Source of the DNA: Capsulimonadales bacterium
GTDB taxonomy: Bacteria; Armatimonadota; Armatimonadia; Armatimonadales; Armatimonadaceae
Direction: 5' to 3'
NCBI GenBank assembly: GCA_033762295.1
Contig: JANRLW010000041.1
Span: forward strand, 1-32,960
DNA length: 32,960 nucleotides
Both the position numbers and the translations under genes were made by a program. Positions 1-8,619 of this stretch are shown here, piece by piece. The number at the start of each line of letters is the position of its first letter. Within the stretch, counting starts at the first letter, position 1. The notes under the pieces were generated by a model, which had not been told where the DNA came from, made no database searches, and saw only the letters and a list, made by a program, of their open reading frames with translations.

Positions 1-2
1 AA

Positions 3-1610
3 CTCCGCCGCGCAGGTGTCGACCATTTTATAGGCCGGCACGATGCCCCGGTCTTTCCGCAACGCCCGGACGTTCATTTCGGTGCGTCCGGTCAACTCAC
101 CGATGGTCCGGTCGGTATATCCCATGCGCTTCGCTTCCGCCAGCAGAGCGACGCCTTCCGCGGTCTCCAGCAGGGGCGCGGCTTCCCGCAACCGGGTCTC
201 CATCTCGACCAGCGTTCTTATCTTCACGAGGAACCACGGATCGATGTACGACAGTTGCCGGATCTCCTCGACCAGCATGCCACGCCGGAACCCTTCGGCG
301 ATGGCGAAGAGCCGTTCGTCGGTCGGAACGCGGAGCAGTTGTTCGATCTGCATATCGGTCCAGAGAGAGGCGCCCTTGTACCGAAGCGACTGTGCGCCGA
401 TCTCCAGAGAACGGACCGCTTTCATCAGCGCGGATTCGAACCGACGGTCCAGCGCCATGACCTCGCCGGTCGCCTTCATCTGAGTCGTGATGCGGCGGTC
501 GGCGGACGTAAACTTATCGAACGGCCAGCGGGGGATTTTCACGACGCAGTAATCGAGCGCCGGCTCGAAGCAGGCGAGCGTCTTGCCCGTCACCTTGTTT
601 TCGATCTCGTCCAGCTGCAGGCCGACGGCGATCTTGGCGGCAACCCGGGCGATCGGATACCCGGTGGCCTTCGATGCGAGCGCGGAGGATCGCGAAACGC
701 GCGGGTTGACCTCGATGATGTAGTAGTCGAAGGATTTCGGGTCGAGCGCCAGCTGGACATTACATCCGCCTTCGATCCCCAGGGCGCGGATGATCTTGAG
801 CGAAGCCGTTCGGAGCATCTGATACTCTTTGTCCGAAAGCGTTTGCGAGGGGGCGACGACCATGGAATCGCCGGTATGGACGCCCATCGGGTCCAGATTC
901 TCCATGTTGCAGATGGTGATGCAGGTGTCATTGGCATCGCGCATCACCTCATACTCGACTTCCTTCCACCCGACCAGGCACCGTTCCACCATCACCTGAT
1001 GCACGGGCGACAGGCGCATTCCCCGTCCGCCGATCTCGATCAGTTCGTCCGGAGTGGCGGCGATACCGCCGCCGGTGCCGCCCAGGGTGTAGGCGGGACG
1101 GACGATCAGCGGCCAGGGCAACCCGTCGCGCTTCGAAAGATCGTCCAGCGCCGTCTCGGTATCGATGATCCACGATTCGGGAACCGGCTCGCCGATCTCC
1201 CGCATCAGGTTGCGAAACAGTTCGCGGTCCTCGGCTTTGGCAATGGTCGCCAGTGGGGTTCCCAGGAGGCGAACGTCGTATTTGTCGAGGATACCGGCAT
1301 TGGCGAGAGCGGTCGCCAGGTTCAGCCCGGTCTGTCCGCCGAGAGTCGGAACCAGTCCGTCGGGTCGTTCGCGGGCGATCACTTTTTCCAGGAACGGAAC
1401 AGTGAGCGGCTCGATATAGACGCGGTCGGCCATCTCGACATCGGTCATGATGGTCGCCGGATTGGAGTTAACGAGGACGACGGAGCAGCCCTCCTCACGC
1501 AGGGCGCGGCAGGCCTGGGCTCCCGCGTAGTCGAACTCGGCGGCCTGTCCGATCACGATCGGCCCGCTGCCGATCACCATTACTTTTCTGATGTCAGGAT
1601 TCTTTGGCAT
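3..1610 (-). CDS. carB: Carbamoyl-phosphate synthase large subunit, 5' part (runs off the window start)
   Basis: Manual minus-strand translation from ATG 1610: [57 protein letters not shown]..., ending ...[12 protein letters not shown] at the window edge. These are hallmark CarB motifs. Absent from the ORF track because there is no stop inside the window. Confidence 0.97.
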   Translation of the reverse strand, partial: MPKNPDIRKVMVIGSGPIVIGQAAEFDYAGAQACRALREEGCSVVLVNSNPATIMTDVEMADRVYIEPLTVPFLEKVIARERPDGLVPTLGGQTGLNLATALANAGILDKYDVRLLGTPLATIAKAEDRELFRNLMREIGEPVPESWIIDTETALDDLSKRDGLPWPLIVRPAYTLGGTGGGIAATPDELIEIGGRGMRLSPVHQVMVERCLVGWKEVEYEVMRDANDTCITICNMENLDPMGVHTGDSMVVAPSQTLSDKEYQMLRTASLKIIRALGIEGGCNVQLALDPKSFDYYIIEVNPRVSRSSALASKATGYPIARVAAKIAVGLQLDEIENKVTGKTLACFEPALDYCVVKIPRWPFDKFTSADRRITTQMKATGEVMALDRRFESALMKAVRSLEIGAQSLRYKGASLWTDMQIEQLLRVPTDERLFAIAEGFRRGMLVEEIRQLSYIDPWFLVKIRTLVEMETRLREAAPLLETAEGVALLAEAKRMGYTDRTIGELTGRTEMNVRALRKDRGIVPAYKMVDTCAAE

Positions 1611-1807
1611 TTCCGGTGACTTTCGACGGAACCCCTGTTCCGAAGACCAACTGACAGTGTATACGGTAATCTTCGGAGATGCACGAAACCCTGACACGTT
1701 TTTGCGCATCGCAGGCGTTCGGGCAGTGACGTAATCCACATACCGTGCAACCTTGATCCGACCGAGTACAATGTTGACGCATAACATTTGTCGGGAGGCA
1801 GGGAGTC

Positions 1808-2596
1808 ATGAGTCGATTTGATCTGAGCATTTACAATGAGGCGACGGGTTTCGTGATGACTTCGCCGGACGCGCACGGACTACTGACGGATTTGGATGCA
1901 ACATCCCCGGAATGGCGGGAAGGGGTGCGGTCCGGCCGCTTCCTGCCGGTTCAACTGGTGCAGGACGATGCGTTCGATATTCGGGTCGTGGTGGATGAAC
2001 CGCTTACCCCGGAGGAGGACGCCCTCTGGGTCGATCGCTGGGCCGCGCGCCTGATCATTTCCGGAGGAACCCTGGTGGTGACCGGTGGCTGCGAGTATCT
2101 CGAAGGGGAGGATTCGGAGGACTATCTCGATAGCTGCCCGGTCCCTTCCGGGGAATACCTCGCCGAATTCCACACCTACATACCGAGTATCAACGGATGG
2201 CACTGTCTTTCCGCCGCGCCGGGCGGGGACGAACCCCTCGGCGCGTACTTTCGCCGTACCCGCCCGGACGAGGAGTTCCCCCTCTGGCTCCGGGCGGAGT
2301 GCATCGACGATCCGGAGCAGGACCCCGGACATGAGGACGAATGGGAGGATAGTGACGAGGAGTTCGACGAAGACGACGGACCCGCCTACATGGGATTCGT
2401 GCTGCGTCTGACGCCGATCGAACGCCTCTCGCCGGAGGAGATTCCCGAAGAACCGCCGATCCATCCGGACCTTGCGGAACCCGCCTGGATTCCGATCGCG
2501 GTCGACCCGCGCAAGCCCGAGCGGTTCCCGATCGGCCTGGTCGTTCCCGACGAGGACGAGGAGGACGAGGAGGACGGCGAGGAAGGCGACGAGTGA
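1808..2596 (+). CDS. Hypothetical, very acidic protein
   Basis: 262-aa ORF with an SD-like GGGAG before the ATG, GC-rich coding-type codons and D/E-rich tracts; no family recognised. Confidence 0.75.
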   Translation: MSRFDLSIYNEATGFVMTSPDAHGLLTDLDATSPEWREGVRSGRFLPVQLVQDDAFDIRVVVDEPLTPEEDALWVDRWAARLIISGGTLVVTGGCEYLEGEDSEDYLDSCPVPSGEYLAEFHTYIPSINGWHCLSAAPGGDEPLGAYFRRTRPDEEFPLWLRAECIDDPEQDPGHEDEWEDSDEEFDEDDGPAYMGFVLRLTPIERLSPEEIPEEPPIHPDLAEPAWIPIAVDPRKPERFPIGLVVPDEDEEDEEDGEEGDE

Positions 2597-2624
2597 GCCT
2601 TACCGTATCGTCGGGCATGGCAGG

Positions 2625-2630
2625 TATACT
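2625..2630 (+). promoter_or_regulatory. Putative sigma70 -10 box (TATACT) 6 nt before the deoB GTG; leaderless-type start
   Basis: TATACT-gatccc-GTG with no SD sequence. Confidence 0.55.
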
Positions 2631-2636
2631 GATCCC

Positions 2637-3848
2637 GTGTTATCCGTTCCGCGACGACGTTTCCTTTTGATCGTTCTCGACGGCTGTGGTGTCGGGGAAC
2701 TACCCGATGCGGCGGCGTTCGGTCCCGGCGACCCCGGCTCGAACACGCTCGGGAACCTGTCACGCGCCGTCGGCGGCCTGTCGTTGCCGCATCTGGGGCG
2801 ACTCGGTTTCGGCGGCATCACACCGATGGTCGGGGTGCCGCCGGTCGCGGACGCCTCGGCCTGTTGGGGACGACTGGCCGAGGTCAGCCGGGGCAAGGAT
2901 ACCGTGACCGGGCACTGGGAGATGATGGGGGTGCGGACGGACGTGGCGTTCCCGACCTATCCGAACGGATTTCCGGCGGACGTGTTGACCGCTTTCGAGG
3001 CGATCATCGGCACAAAAACGCTCGGAAATCGTCCGGCGTCCGGCACGGAAATTCTCCGGGAACTCGGCGAGGAGCACTGCCGAACCGGCTTTCCGATCGT
3101 CTACACATCCGCCGATTCGGTCTTTCAGGTCGCCGCCCATGAGACCCCGGCCATTTTCGGTCTCGATCGCCTGTATGACGCCTGCGCGGCGATGCGCGAA
3201 CGGCTGGTCGCACCGCACCATGTCGGCCGCGTAATCGCCCGGCCGTTCGTCGGAACCGCATCGGAGAACTTCCGCCGCACCGAGAACCGGCGGGATTATC
3301 CGTTGCCGCCGCCCCGGGAGACCGTTCCCGACCGACTCCGCGCCGCCGGGAAACGGGTCCATGCGATCGGCGTCGTCTCCGAGGTTTTCGGCGGGCGCGG
3401 GATCACGAGTTCCGAGCGAACGCGCAGCAACCCGGAGCATCAGGCGGCGATCGGGAACGCCTTGCGCTCCCCCGACTGGGATTTCCTCTTCGCCAACCTC
3501 GAGGATTTTGACATGCTGTACGGACATCGGAACGATCCGGCGGGGTTCGCCCGCCTCCTGTCCGAGTTCGATACGTTTGTGGGAGAAACGCTGTTGCCGT
3601 CGCTGGCACCGGGCGATCTGGTCGGTATCACCGCCGACCATGGCAACGATCCGACGACCCCGTCGACCGACCATTCCCGGGAATATGCGCCTCTGTTGCT
3701 GTTCGGTCCCGCCCTGACGACATTCGGTCCGCTCGGCGACCGCGCCACCTTCGCCGACTGGGGAGCGACCGTCTGCGACTATCTGGGCGTCGATCCGCCC
3801 GGCGAAGGAACGTCCTTCCTGCCCGCGTCTCTAAAAAGGGCTGCCTGA
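2637..3848 (+). CDS. deoB: Phosphopentomutase
   Basis: LIVLDGCGVGELPDA, GKDTVTGHWEMMG, IVYTSADSVFQVAAHE, RVIARPF, DMLYGHRND, TADHGNDPT..TDHSREY. Start placed at in-frame GTG 2637, where homology begins. Confidence 0.95.
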   Translation: MLSVPRRRFLLIVLDGCGVGELPDAAAFGPGDPGSNTLGNLSRAVGGLSLPHLGRLGFGGITPMVGVPPVADASACWGRLAEVSRGKDTVTGHWEMMGVRTDVAFPTYPNGFPADVLTAFEAIIGTKTLGNRPASGTEILRELGEEHCRTGFPIVYTSADSVFQVAAHETPAIFGLDRLYDACAAMRERLVAPHHVGRVIARPFVGTASENFRRTENRRDYPLPPPRETVPDRLRAAGKRVHAIGVVSEVFGGRGITSSERTRSNPEHQAAIGNALRSPDWDFLFANLEDFDMLYGHRNDPAGFARLLSEFDTFVGETLLPSLAPGDLVGITADHGNDPTTPSTDHSREYAPLLLFGPALTTFGPLGDRATFADWGATVCDYLGVDPPGEGTSFLPASLKRAA

Positions 3849-3852
3849 TACC

Positions 3853-4941
3853 ATGCCTCCCGTCAAAAAAAGCCAACCGCCGACCTCGAAAAAGCCGTCT
3901 CCGAAGCGTTCGTCCGGAAGGAAAAAGGCGTCCCGTTCCGTCGTTCCCTACCTGATGGCGCCTCTGATCTTTGTTGCGGCGACCGCCGCCATTCTGTTCG
4001 GTGCCAATTGCCGGCAGAACCAGGGGACCATCGGCACGGCGGAACGCCCGATCGGCGCCGTCGTCACCCCACGGGCGAACGCGACCGGTGTCGCCCGAAC
4101 GGAAGCACCCCCACCCGGTCCGGGGAACCGTCCGCCCGGTCCCCGCCCGAAACGTACCGATTCCGCTCCGCCGCCCGCGCCGCAGAATCCGGGGCAGGAG
4201 CAGATGCTGCTCGGCAACCCCGATCAGGCGACCGTCGCGGTTGCGAACCGCGAGCATTTCCTGATGGCGCGACCGGAGTTCGCCCTGTCCTACAACGACA
4301 CGCTGCGCTTCCCGAACTGGGTGGCCTGGCATCTGTCGCGAAGCGATATCGGGGATACCGAACGCGGACAGTTCGTTCCCGATCCCGACCTGCCCGGCGA
4401 TTTCACACGGATCTTTACCTCGGATTACACTCGCTCCGGGTATGATCGCGGGCATAATTGTCCGTCCAAGGACCGTAGCGCCAGCCGCGCCATCAATGAT
4501 GTCGCCTTCTACATGACCAATATCACCCCGCAACGGCACGAGATGAACGCCGGCCCCTGGGAAAAACTGGAATCCTATTGCCGGGAACTCGCCGAAAGCG
4601 GCAACGAACTGTATATCGTCTGCGGTCACGGGTTCAAGGGCGACCGCCGTCGAACGTTCGGCCCGAAACGGATCGCCATTCCCGATTTCGGCTGGAAGAT
4701 CGCGGTCGTGCTGCCGGAACGAGACGGCGATGACCGCGAGCGCATCGAACGGAATACCCGCGTGATCGCGATTATGGTGCCCAATGTCAAGGGGATCTCC
4801 AAACAGAAGTGGGCGAAGTACATCGTCACGGTCGGGGAGATCGAACAGGCGACCGGACTGCGATTTTTCGATGCCCTGCCTCCGGACGTGGCGGACGCGT
4901 TGAAGACGAAGCGGGACGGCGGCGAGGAGGACGGAAGGTAA
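3853..4941 (+). CDS. nucA: DNA/RNA non-specific endonuclease (NucA/EndoG beta-beta-alpha-metal family) with N-terminal membrane anchor and Pro-rich linker
   Basis: LLGNP, ALSYN...PNWVAWHL, SGYDRGHNCPSKDR (DRGH active site), FYMTNITPQ...NAGPWEKLESYCR, IEQATGLRFF. Basic N-terminus followed by a hydrophobic helix. Confidence 0.92.
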   Translation: MPPVKKSQPPTSKKPSPKRSSGRKKASRSVVPYLMAPLIFVAATAAILFGANCRQNQGTIGTAERPIGAVVTPRANATGVARTEAPPPGPGNRPPGPRPKRTDSAPPPAPQNPGQEQMLLGNPDQATVAVANREHFLMARPEFALSYNDTLRFPNWVAWHLSRSDIGDTERGQFVPDPDLPGDFTRIFTSDYTRSGYDRGHNCPSKDRSASRAINDVAFYMTNITPQRHEMNAGPWEKLESYCRELAESGNELYIVCGHGFKGDRRRTFGPKRIAIPDFGWKIAVVLPERDGDDRERIERNTRVIAIMVPNVKGISKQKWAKYIVTVGEIEQATGLRFFDALPPDVADALKTKRDGGEEDGR

Positions 4942-4946
4942 GGCCG

Positions 4947-5357
4947 ATGAGCGAGGATTTACTCGGTCGCCTGAAGGCGGCGACGAAGGGGTTGCGGTAC
5001 GTATCCGAGTCCGACCGACCGGTGAAACCGTTCGTGTGGAAGGAAGCGGAGGCCGCCGGGATGACCGACCCGGAAACGGTCCTGCGCACGGTTCGGAAGA
5101 TACAGGCGGACACTCCGATCCGGTCGAAGACCGTCGAGGAGTTTTTCGCCCCGATGCTTTACGAGTACGAAGGACAGCCCGACGAGGAAAAGGAAGGGGT
5201 CCGGCGGTTCCGCGAGCTTCGGGACCTCCTGAAGGCGTCGCTGACCGATCCGAGGGCGTTCCGTGTCGGCGACGAACCGGACATTCCCGCGTACGTTCTC
5301 GGCAAAACCCCCGCCGGTGACTGGGCGGGCGTCGAAACCGTCCTGGTCGAAACCTGA
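4947..5357 (+). CDS. nuiA: Nuclease A inhibitor family protein (NuiA-like)
   Basis: GLRYVSESDRPVKPFVW, TVEEFF, AFRVG...AYVLGKT..G.WAGVETVLVET C-terminus, all typical of NuiA. Starts 5 nt after the nuclease stop. Confidence 0.88.
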   Translation: MSEDLLGRLKAATKGLRYVSESDRPVKPFVWKEAEAAGMTDPETVLRTVRKIQADTPIRSKTVEEFFAPMLYEYEGQPDEEKEGVRRFRELRDLLKASLTDPRAFRVGDEPDIPAYVLGKTPAGDWAGVETVLVET

Positions 5358-5394
5358 CGAACGACACCCGACCAACCGAAGCCGTCTTCGAAAT

Positions 5395-6354
5395 TTACGG
5401 TTTTTTGGGGCGAACGCGTGCCTGGTGGGCGGAGTCGGCGATCCGCTTCGGCACGAAGCCGTGGCCGCCCGGGATCGGCAGGCCCGCCGCCATCGCCACT
5501 GCCGGTTCCACGCCCAGGTCTTCCGGCGTTTCATAGAAGTCGACAATGCCGCTGGTGATCTCGTAGAACGCGCCGACGATCGCCAGTTCCTTCTTTGCGA
5601 TCGCCTGCTTCAGCATCGGGTCGAGCGAAAGGGAGTAGACCTGCAGGCGAACATTGGCGATGACCGCTTCCCGCTCCTTAGCCTTGCGGTCCCGGATCGA
5701 GGGAACGTGATTGACTGCCGGGACAATCAGATTCAGCAGGGATTGGACCGGTTTCGGTTCGTGGTGGCGGTCGGCTTCGGGCAGCATCGCGGCCTTGACC
5801 GCGCCGCACCCTTCATGGCCCATGACGACGATCAGCTTGGATTTGAGGTGCTCGACCGCGTACTGGATCGACGCCAGCGTGGCGGGCTCCGAAACGTTTC
5901 CGGCGACGCGGACGGCGAACAGGTCGCCGAGGGTCTGATCGTAGACGATCTCGGTCGGAACCCGGCTATCGGAGCAACTGAGGATGACCGCGAACGGCGA
6001 CTGCCCCAGAACCTGGGCGCGGCGTTCCTGGGCGGACAGATTGGATGGCCGGGACACGCCGGAGAAGAAACGGGCGTTGCCGACCTTGAGCCGTCGGAGC
6101 GCCGATTCCGGAGTCTTCACGGTGGAGGCGCGGGCCTGCGCCACCTCTTCCATCGTGGCTCCCCGTCGCAGAATATCCGCGATCTTCTCCTCCTGCGGGG
6201 TGACCTCCTGTTCGGCGGTCGAGGGCGGCGGCGGGAGAAGGTGCGCCTCAACTTCGCCCGGCGACTGCGCCCGGACCGAAGCGACAAAGAGAGACAGAGC
6301 GGCGGCGAGGACCATGCATGTCCGGGAGAAAAGGCGATAACCGGGGTGTGACAT
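5395..6354 (-). CDS. Beta-class carbonic anhydrase with predicted Sec signal peptide
   Basis: ALRRLKVGNARF, GQSPFAVILSCSDSRVP, GDLFAVRVAGN, VMGHEGCGAV (Zn ligands Cys, His, Cys). ATG 6354 has SD GGAAAGGA. The hydrophobic N-terminus ends in VRA-Q. Confidence 0.93.
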   Translation of the reverse strand: MSHPGYRLFSRTCMVLAAALSLFVASVRAQSPGEVEAHLLPPPPSTAEQEVTPQEEKIADILRRGATMEEVAQARASTVKTPESALRRLKVGNARFFSGVSRPSNLSAQERRAQVLGQSPFAVILSCSDSRVPTEIVYDQTLGDLFAVRVAGNVSEPATLASIQYAVEHLKSKLIVVMGHEGCGAVKAAMLPEADRHHEPKPVQSLLNLIVPAVNHVPSIRDRKAKEREAVIANVRLQVYSLSLDPMLKQAIAKKELAIVGAFYEITSGIVDFYETPEDLGVEPAVAMAAGLPIPGGHGFVPKRIADSAHQARVRPKKP

Positions 6355-6569
6355 CAACGGGTTCCTTTCCGAAGGGCGGAATTGCCCTCTATGTTCGGCA
6401 TTTCTCGTCGGTTTCCCCCGTGTCGTGAAAAAACCGGCGAAATACCTGAAAACAAAGGCGTCAGGGAGGGAAAAACGTCGACCGAAGCGGAAGAAAACAT
6501 AGAATCCGAAGGCGGCCAACGAGGCGTGAATGTGGTGCGCCGTCCGCCCCGGAAGCAGGATGAACTGAG

Positions 6570-7814
6570 ATGCCTAAAGACCTGAAAATTACCGATTTAC
6601 GTGTCGCGGTCGTGCGCGGCGCTCCCATGACCTGCCCGTTGATCCGTATCGATACCAACCAGGACGGTCTGTACGGACTGGGTGAGGTCCGGGACGGAGC
6701 GAGCAAGACCTATGCCCTGATGCTGAAAAGCCGTCTGGTGGGTGAGGACCCTCGAAACGTCGACAAACTATTCCGGAAGATCAAGCAGTTCGGCTTCCAT
6801 GCCCGCCAGGGCGGCGGCGTCTGCGGTGTCGAAATGGCCCTCTGGGATATCGTCGGCAAGTACTATGGTGTCCCGGTCTGGCAGCTTCTCGGCGGCAAGT
6901 TCCGGGATAAGGTGCGTGTTTACTGCGACACCGACCTGTCGGGTGATCCGGCGACGACGGCCGCGCGGCTGAAGGAGCGGATCGAGCAGGGATACACCTT
7001 CCTGAAGATGGATTTCATGCGTGCGAGCCTCCGAAGCGATGAGATGGAGATGCTGTACGGAAAGCTGTCCCTCCCGCCGCATATGACCGTTCGCGGGGTA
7101 CTGGCGACCCAGCATATGTTTACCGGAATGGAGATGAGCGAAGCGGCGATCCGGCAGACGGCGGAGTATGTCGGCGAGGTCCGCCGCCTGATCGGCTGGG
7201 ACGTTCCGCTGGCGGTCGATCACCTCGGGCATTTCGGCGTCAACTCCTTTATCCGGCTCGGCAAGGCGCTGGAACCCTATAATCTGGCCTGGATGGAGGA
7301 CCTGATTCCCTGGCAGTATACCGATCTCTGGAAACGCATCACCGACGCAGTCCACCTGCCGACCTGCACCGGCGAGGATATCTACCTCAAGGAAGGGTTT
7401 CTGGAACTCTGCCGGAACCACGCCATCGACGTCATTCATCCCGACCTGGCGACCTCCGGCGGTATTCTGGAGACGAAAAAGATCGGGGATATCGCGCAGG
7501 ACTACGGCATTCCGATGGCGATGCATTTCGCGGGGACGCCCGTTTCGTGCATGGCTAACGTCCACTGCGCCGCCGCGACCGAGAACTTCCTGGTGCTGGA
7601 AAATCACTCCTGTGACATTCCCTGGTGGGATGATCTGGTGGAGGGGGTCGAAAAACCGATCGTCAACCACGGTTACATCACCGTACCGGACGCTCCCGGT
7701 CTGGGAGTGACTCTACGGGACGAGGTGGTAAAGCAGCACCTGGGCGAGCCGGGCTATTTCGAAGCGACCCTGGAATGGGACGGCGAGCATTCCGCCGACC
7801 GTTTATGGAGTTAA
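6570..7814 (+). CDS. Mandelate racemase/muconate-lactonizing (enolase superfamily) enzyme, probable sugar-acid dehydratase
   Basis: GVEMALWDIVGKYYGVPVWQLLGGKFRDKVRVY; metal-ligand motifs LAVD, WMED, TGED; PDAPGLGV. Confidence 0.9.
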   Translation: MPKDLKITDLRVAVVRGAPMTCPLIRIDTNQDGLYGLGEVRDGASKTYALMLKSRLVGEDPRNVDKLFRKIKQFGFHARQGGGVCGVEMALWDIVGKYYGVPVWQLLGGKFRDKVRVYCDTDLSGDPATTAARLKERIEQGYTFLKMDFMRASLRSDEMEMLYGKLSLPPHMTVRGVLATQHMFTGMEMSEAAIRQTAEYVGEVRRLIGWDVPLAVDHLGHFGVNSFIRLGKALEPYNLAWMEDLIPWQYTDLWKRITDAVHLPTCTGEDIYLKEGFLELCRNHAIDVIHPDLATSGGILETKKIGDIAQDYGIPMAMHFAGTPVSCMANVHCAAATENFLVLENHSCDIPWWDDLVEGVEKPIVNHGYITVPDAPGLGVTLRDEVVKQHLGEPGYFEATLEWDGEHSADRLWS

Positions 7815-7833
7815 CGATCAGGAGGTTTGTACG

Positions 7834-8613
7834 ATGTCGACACCCGAAGCATTGAAGCCGATAACGGATACGAAAGAGATACGCCATCTGGAAATCACCG
7901 ACCTGGAACGGATCGAGCGGTTCCGCCGCGCCGGGTACGGTGGTTCCGTCTCCGATTCGCTGAACGCGCTGGGCGTTCGCAATACCGTCTTTTCCGACCG
8001 GTTCAAGCCGCTGCGACAGGGCATGCAACTGGTAGGACGCGCCCTGCCGATCAAGCTGCACTCGCTGGTCGAGCCGCGGACGCCGGAGCACCAGAAGGAA
8101 CTGGAAGCGGAGTGGGAGGCGAAAGGCGGACACCCGCAGAAGCGGATGATGCGGGCGGTCGAGACGGCGGAGGACGGCACGATCCTCTGCTTCGACTGCG
8201 GCGGAGACATGCAGCCCGCGCATTTCGGCGAGATGAGCTGTCAGCTTGCCTATGCCCACGGTTGCCGGGGGATGCTGCTGGCCGGAAACTGCCGCGACAC
8301 GCAGTATGTTCTGAAGATGCCCGACTTCCCGATGTACTCGTTCGGCACCCGGCCCAACGCCTTCGGCGGCTGGATCATTACCGAGGTGAACAACCCGATC
8401 TACCTTCCGGGCCATATAACGCACTACGTTCGTGTCAATCCGGGCGATTTCATCTTCGGGGACAATGACGGCGTCCAACTGATCCCGAAGGATCTGGTCG
8501 ACGAGGTTTTGCTTCGGGTCGAAGCGATCTTCGAGCATGAGAACAAGGAGCGGGAACTGATCGCCGGCGGGATGCCGATCGACGAGGTCTATCGTCAATT
8601 CGGCGTCCTGTAA
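7834..8613 (+). CDS. RraA family / HMG-aldolase-like protein
   Basis: VSDSL, LVGRA, AHFGEM, LAGNCRDT, VNPGDFIFGDNDGVQLIP, closing with the typical E..E...R..I..G tail. Confidence 0.88.
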   Translation: MSTPEALKPITDTKEIRHLEITDLERIERFRRAGYGGSVSDSLNALGVRNTVFSDRFKPLRQGMQLVGRALPIKLHSLVEPRTPEHQKELEAEWEAKGGHPQKRMMRAVETAEDGTILCFDCGGDMQPAHFGEMSCQLAYAHGCRGMLLAGNCRDTQYVLKMPDFPMYSFGTRPNAFGGWIITEVNNPIYLPGHITHYVRVNPGDFIFGDNDGVQLIPKDLVDEVLLRVEAIFEHENKERELIAGGMPIDEVYRQFGVL

Positions 8614-8619
8614 TCCGCT

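Noticed and set aside
255..1619. 454-aa plus-strand ORF
   Set aside because: Antisense to carB, which has unambiguous motifs.
2472..2636. N-terminal extensions in the ORF track (deoB; likewise upp, mqnD, nuiA, carbonic anhydrase, permease)
   Set aside because: They overlap upstream genes or promoters; homology and SD or -10 signals support the downstream starts.
3628..5367. 579-aa minus-strand ORF
   Set aside because: Overlaps nucA/nuiA on the opposite strand; low-complexity R/P/G composition.
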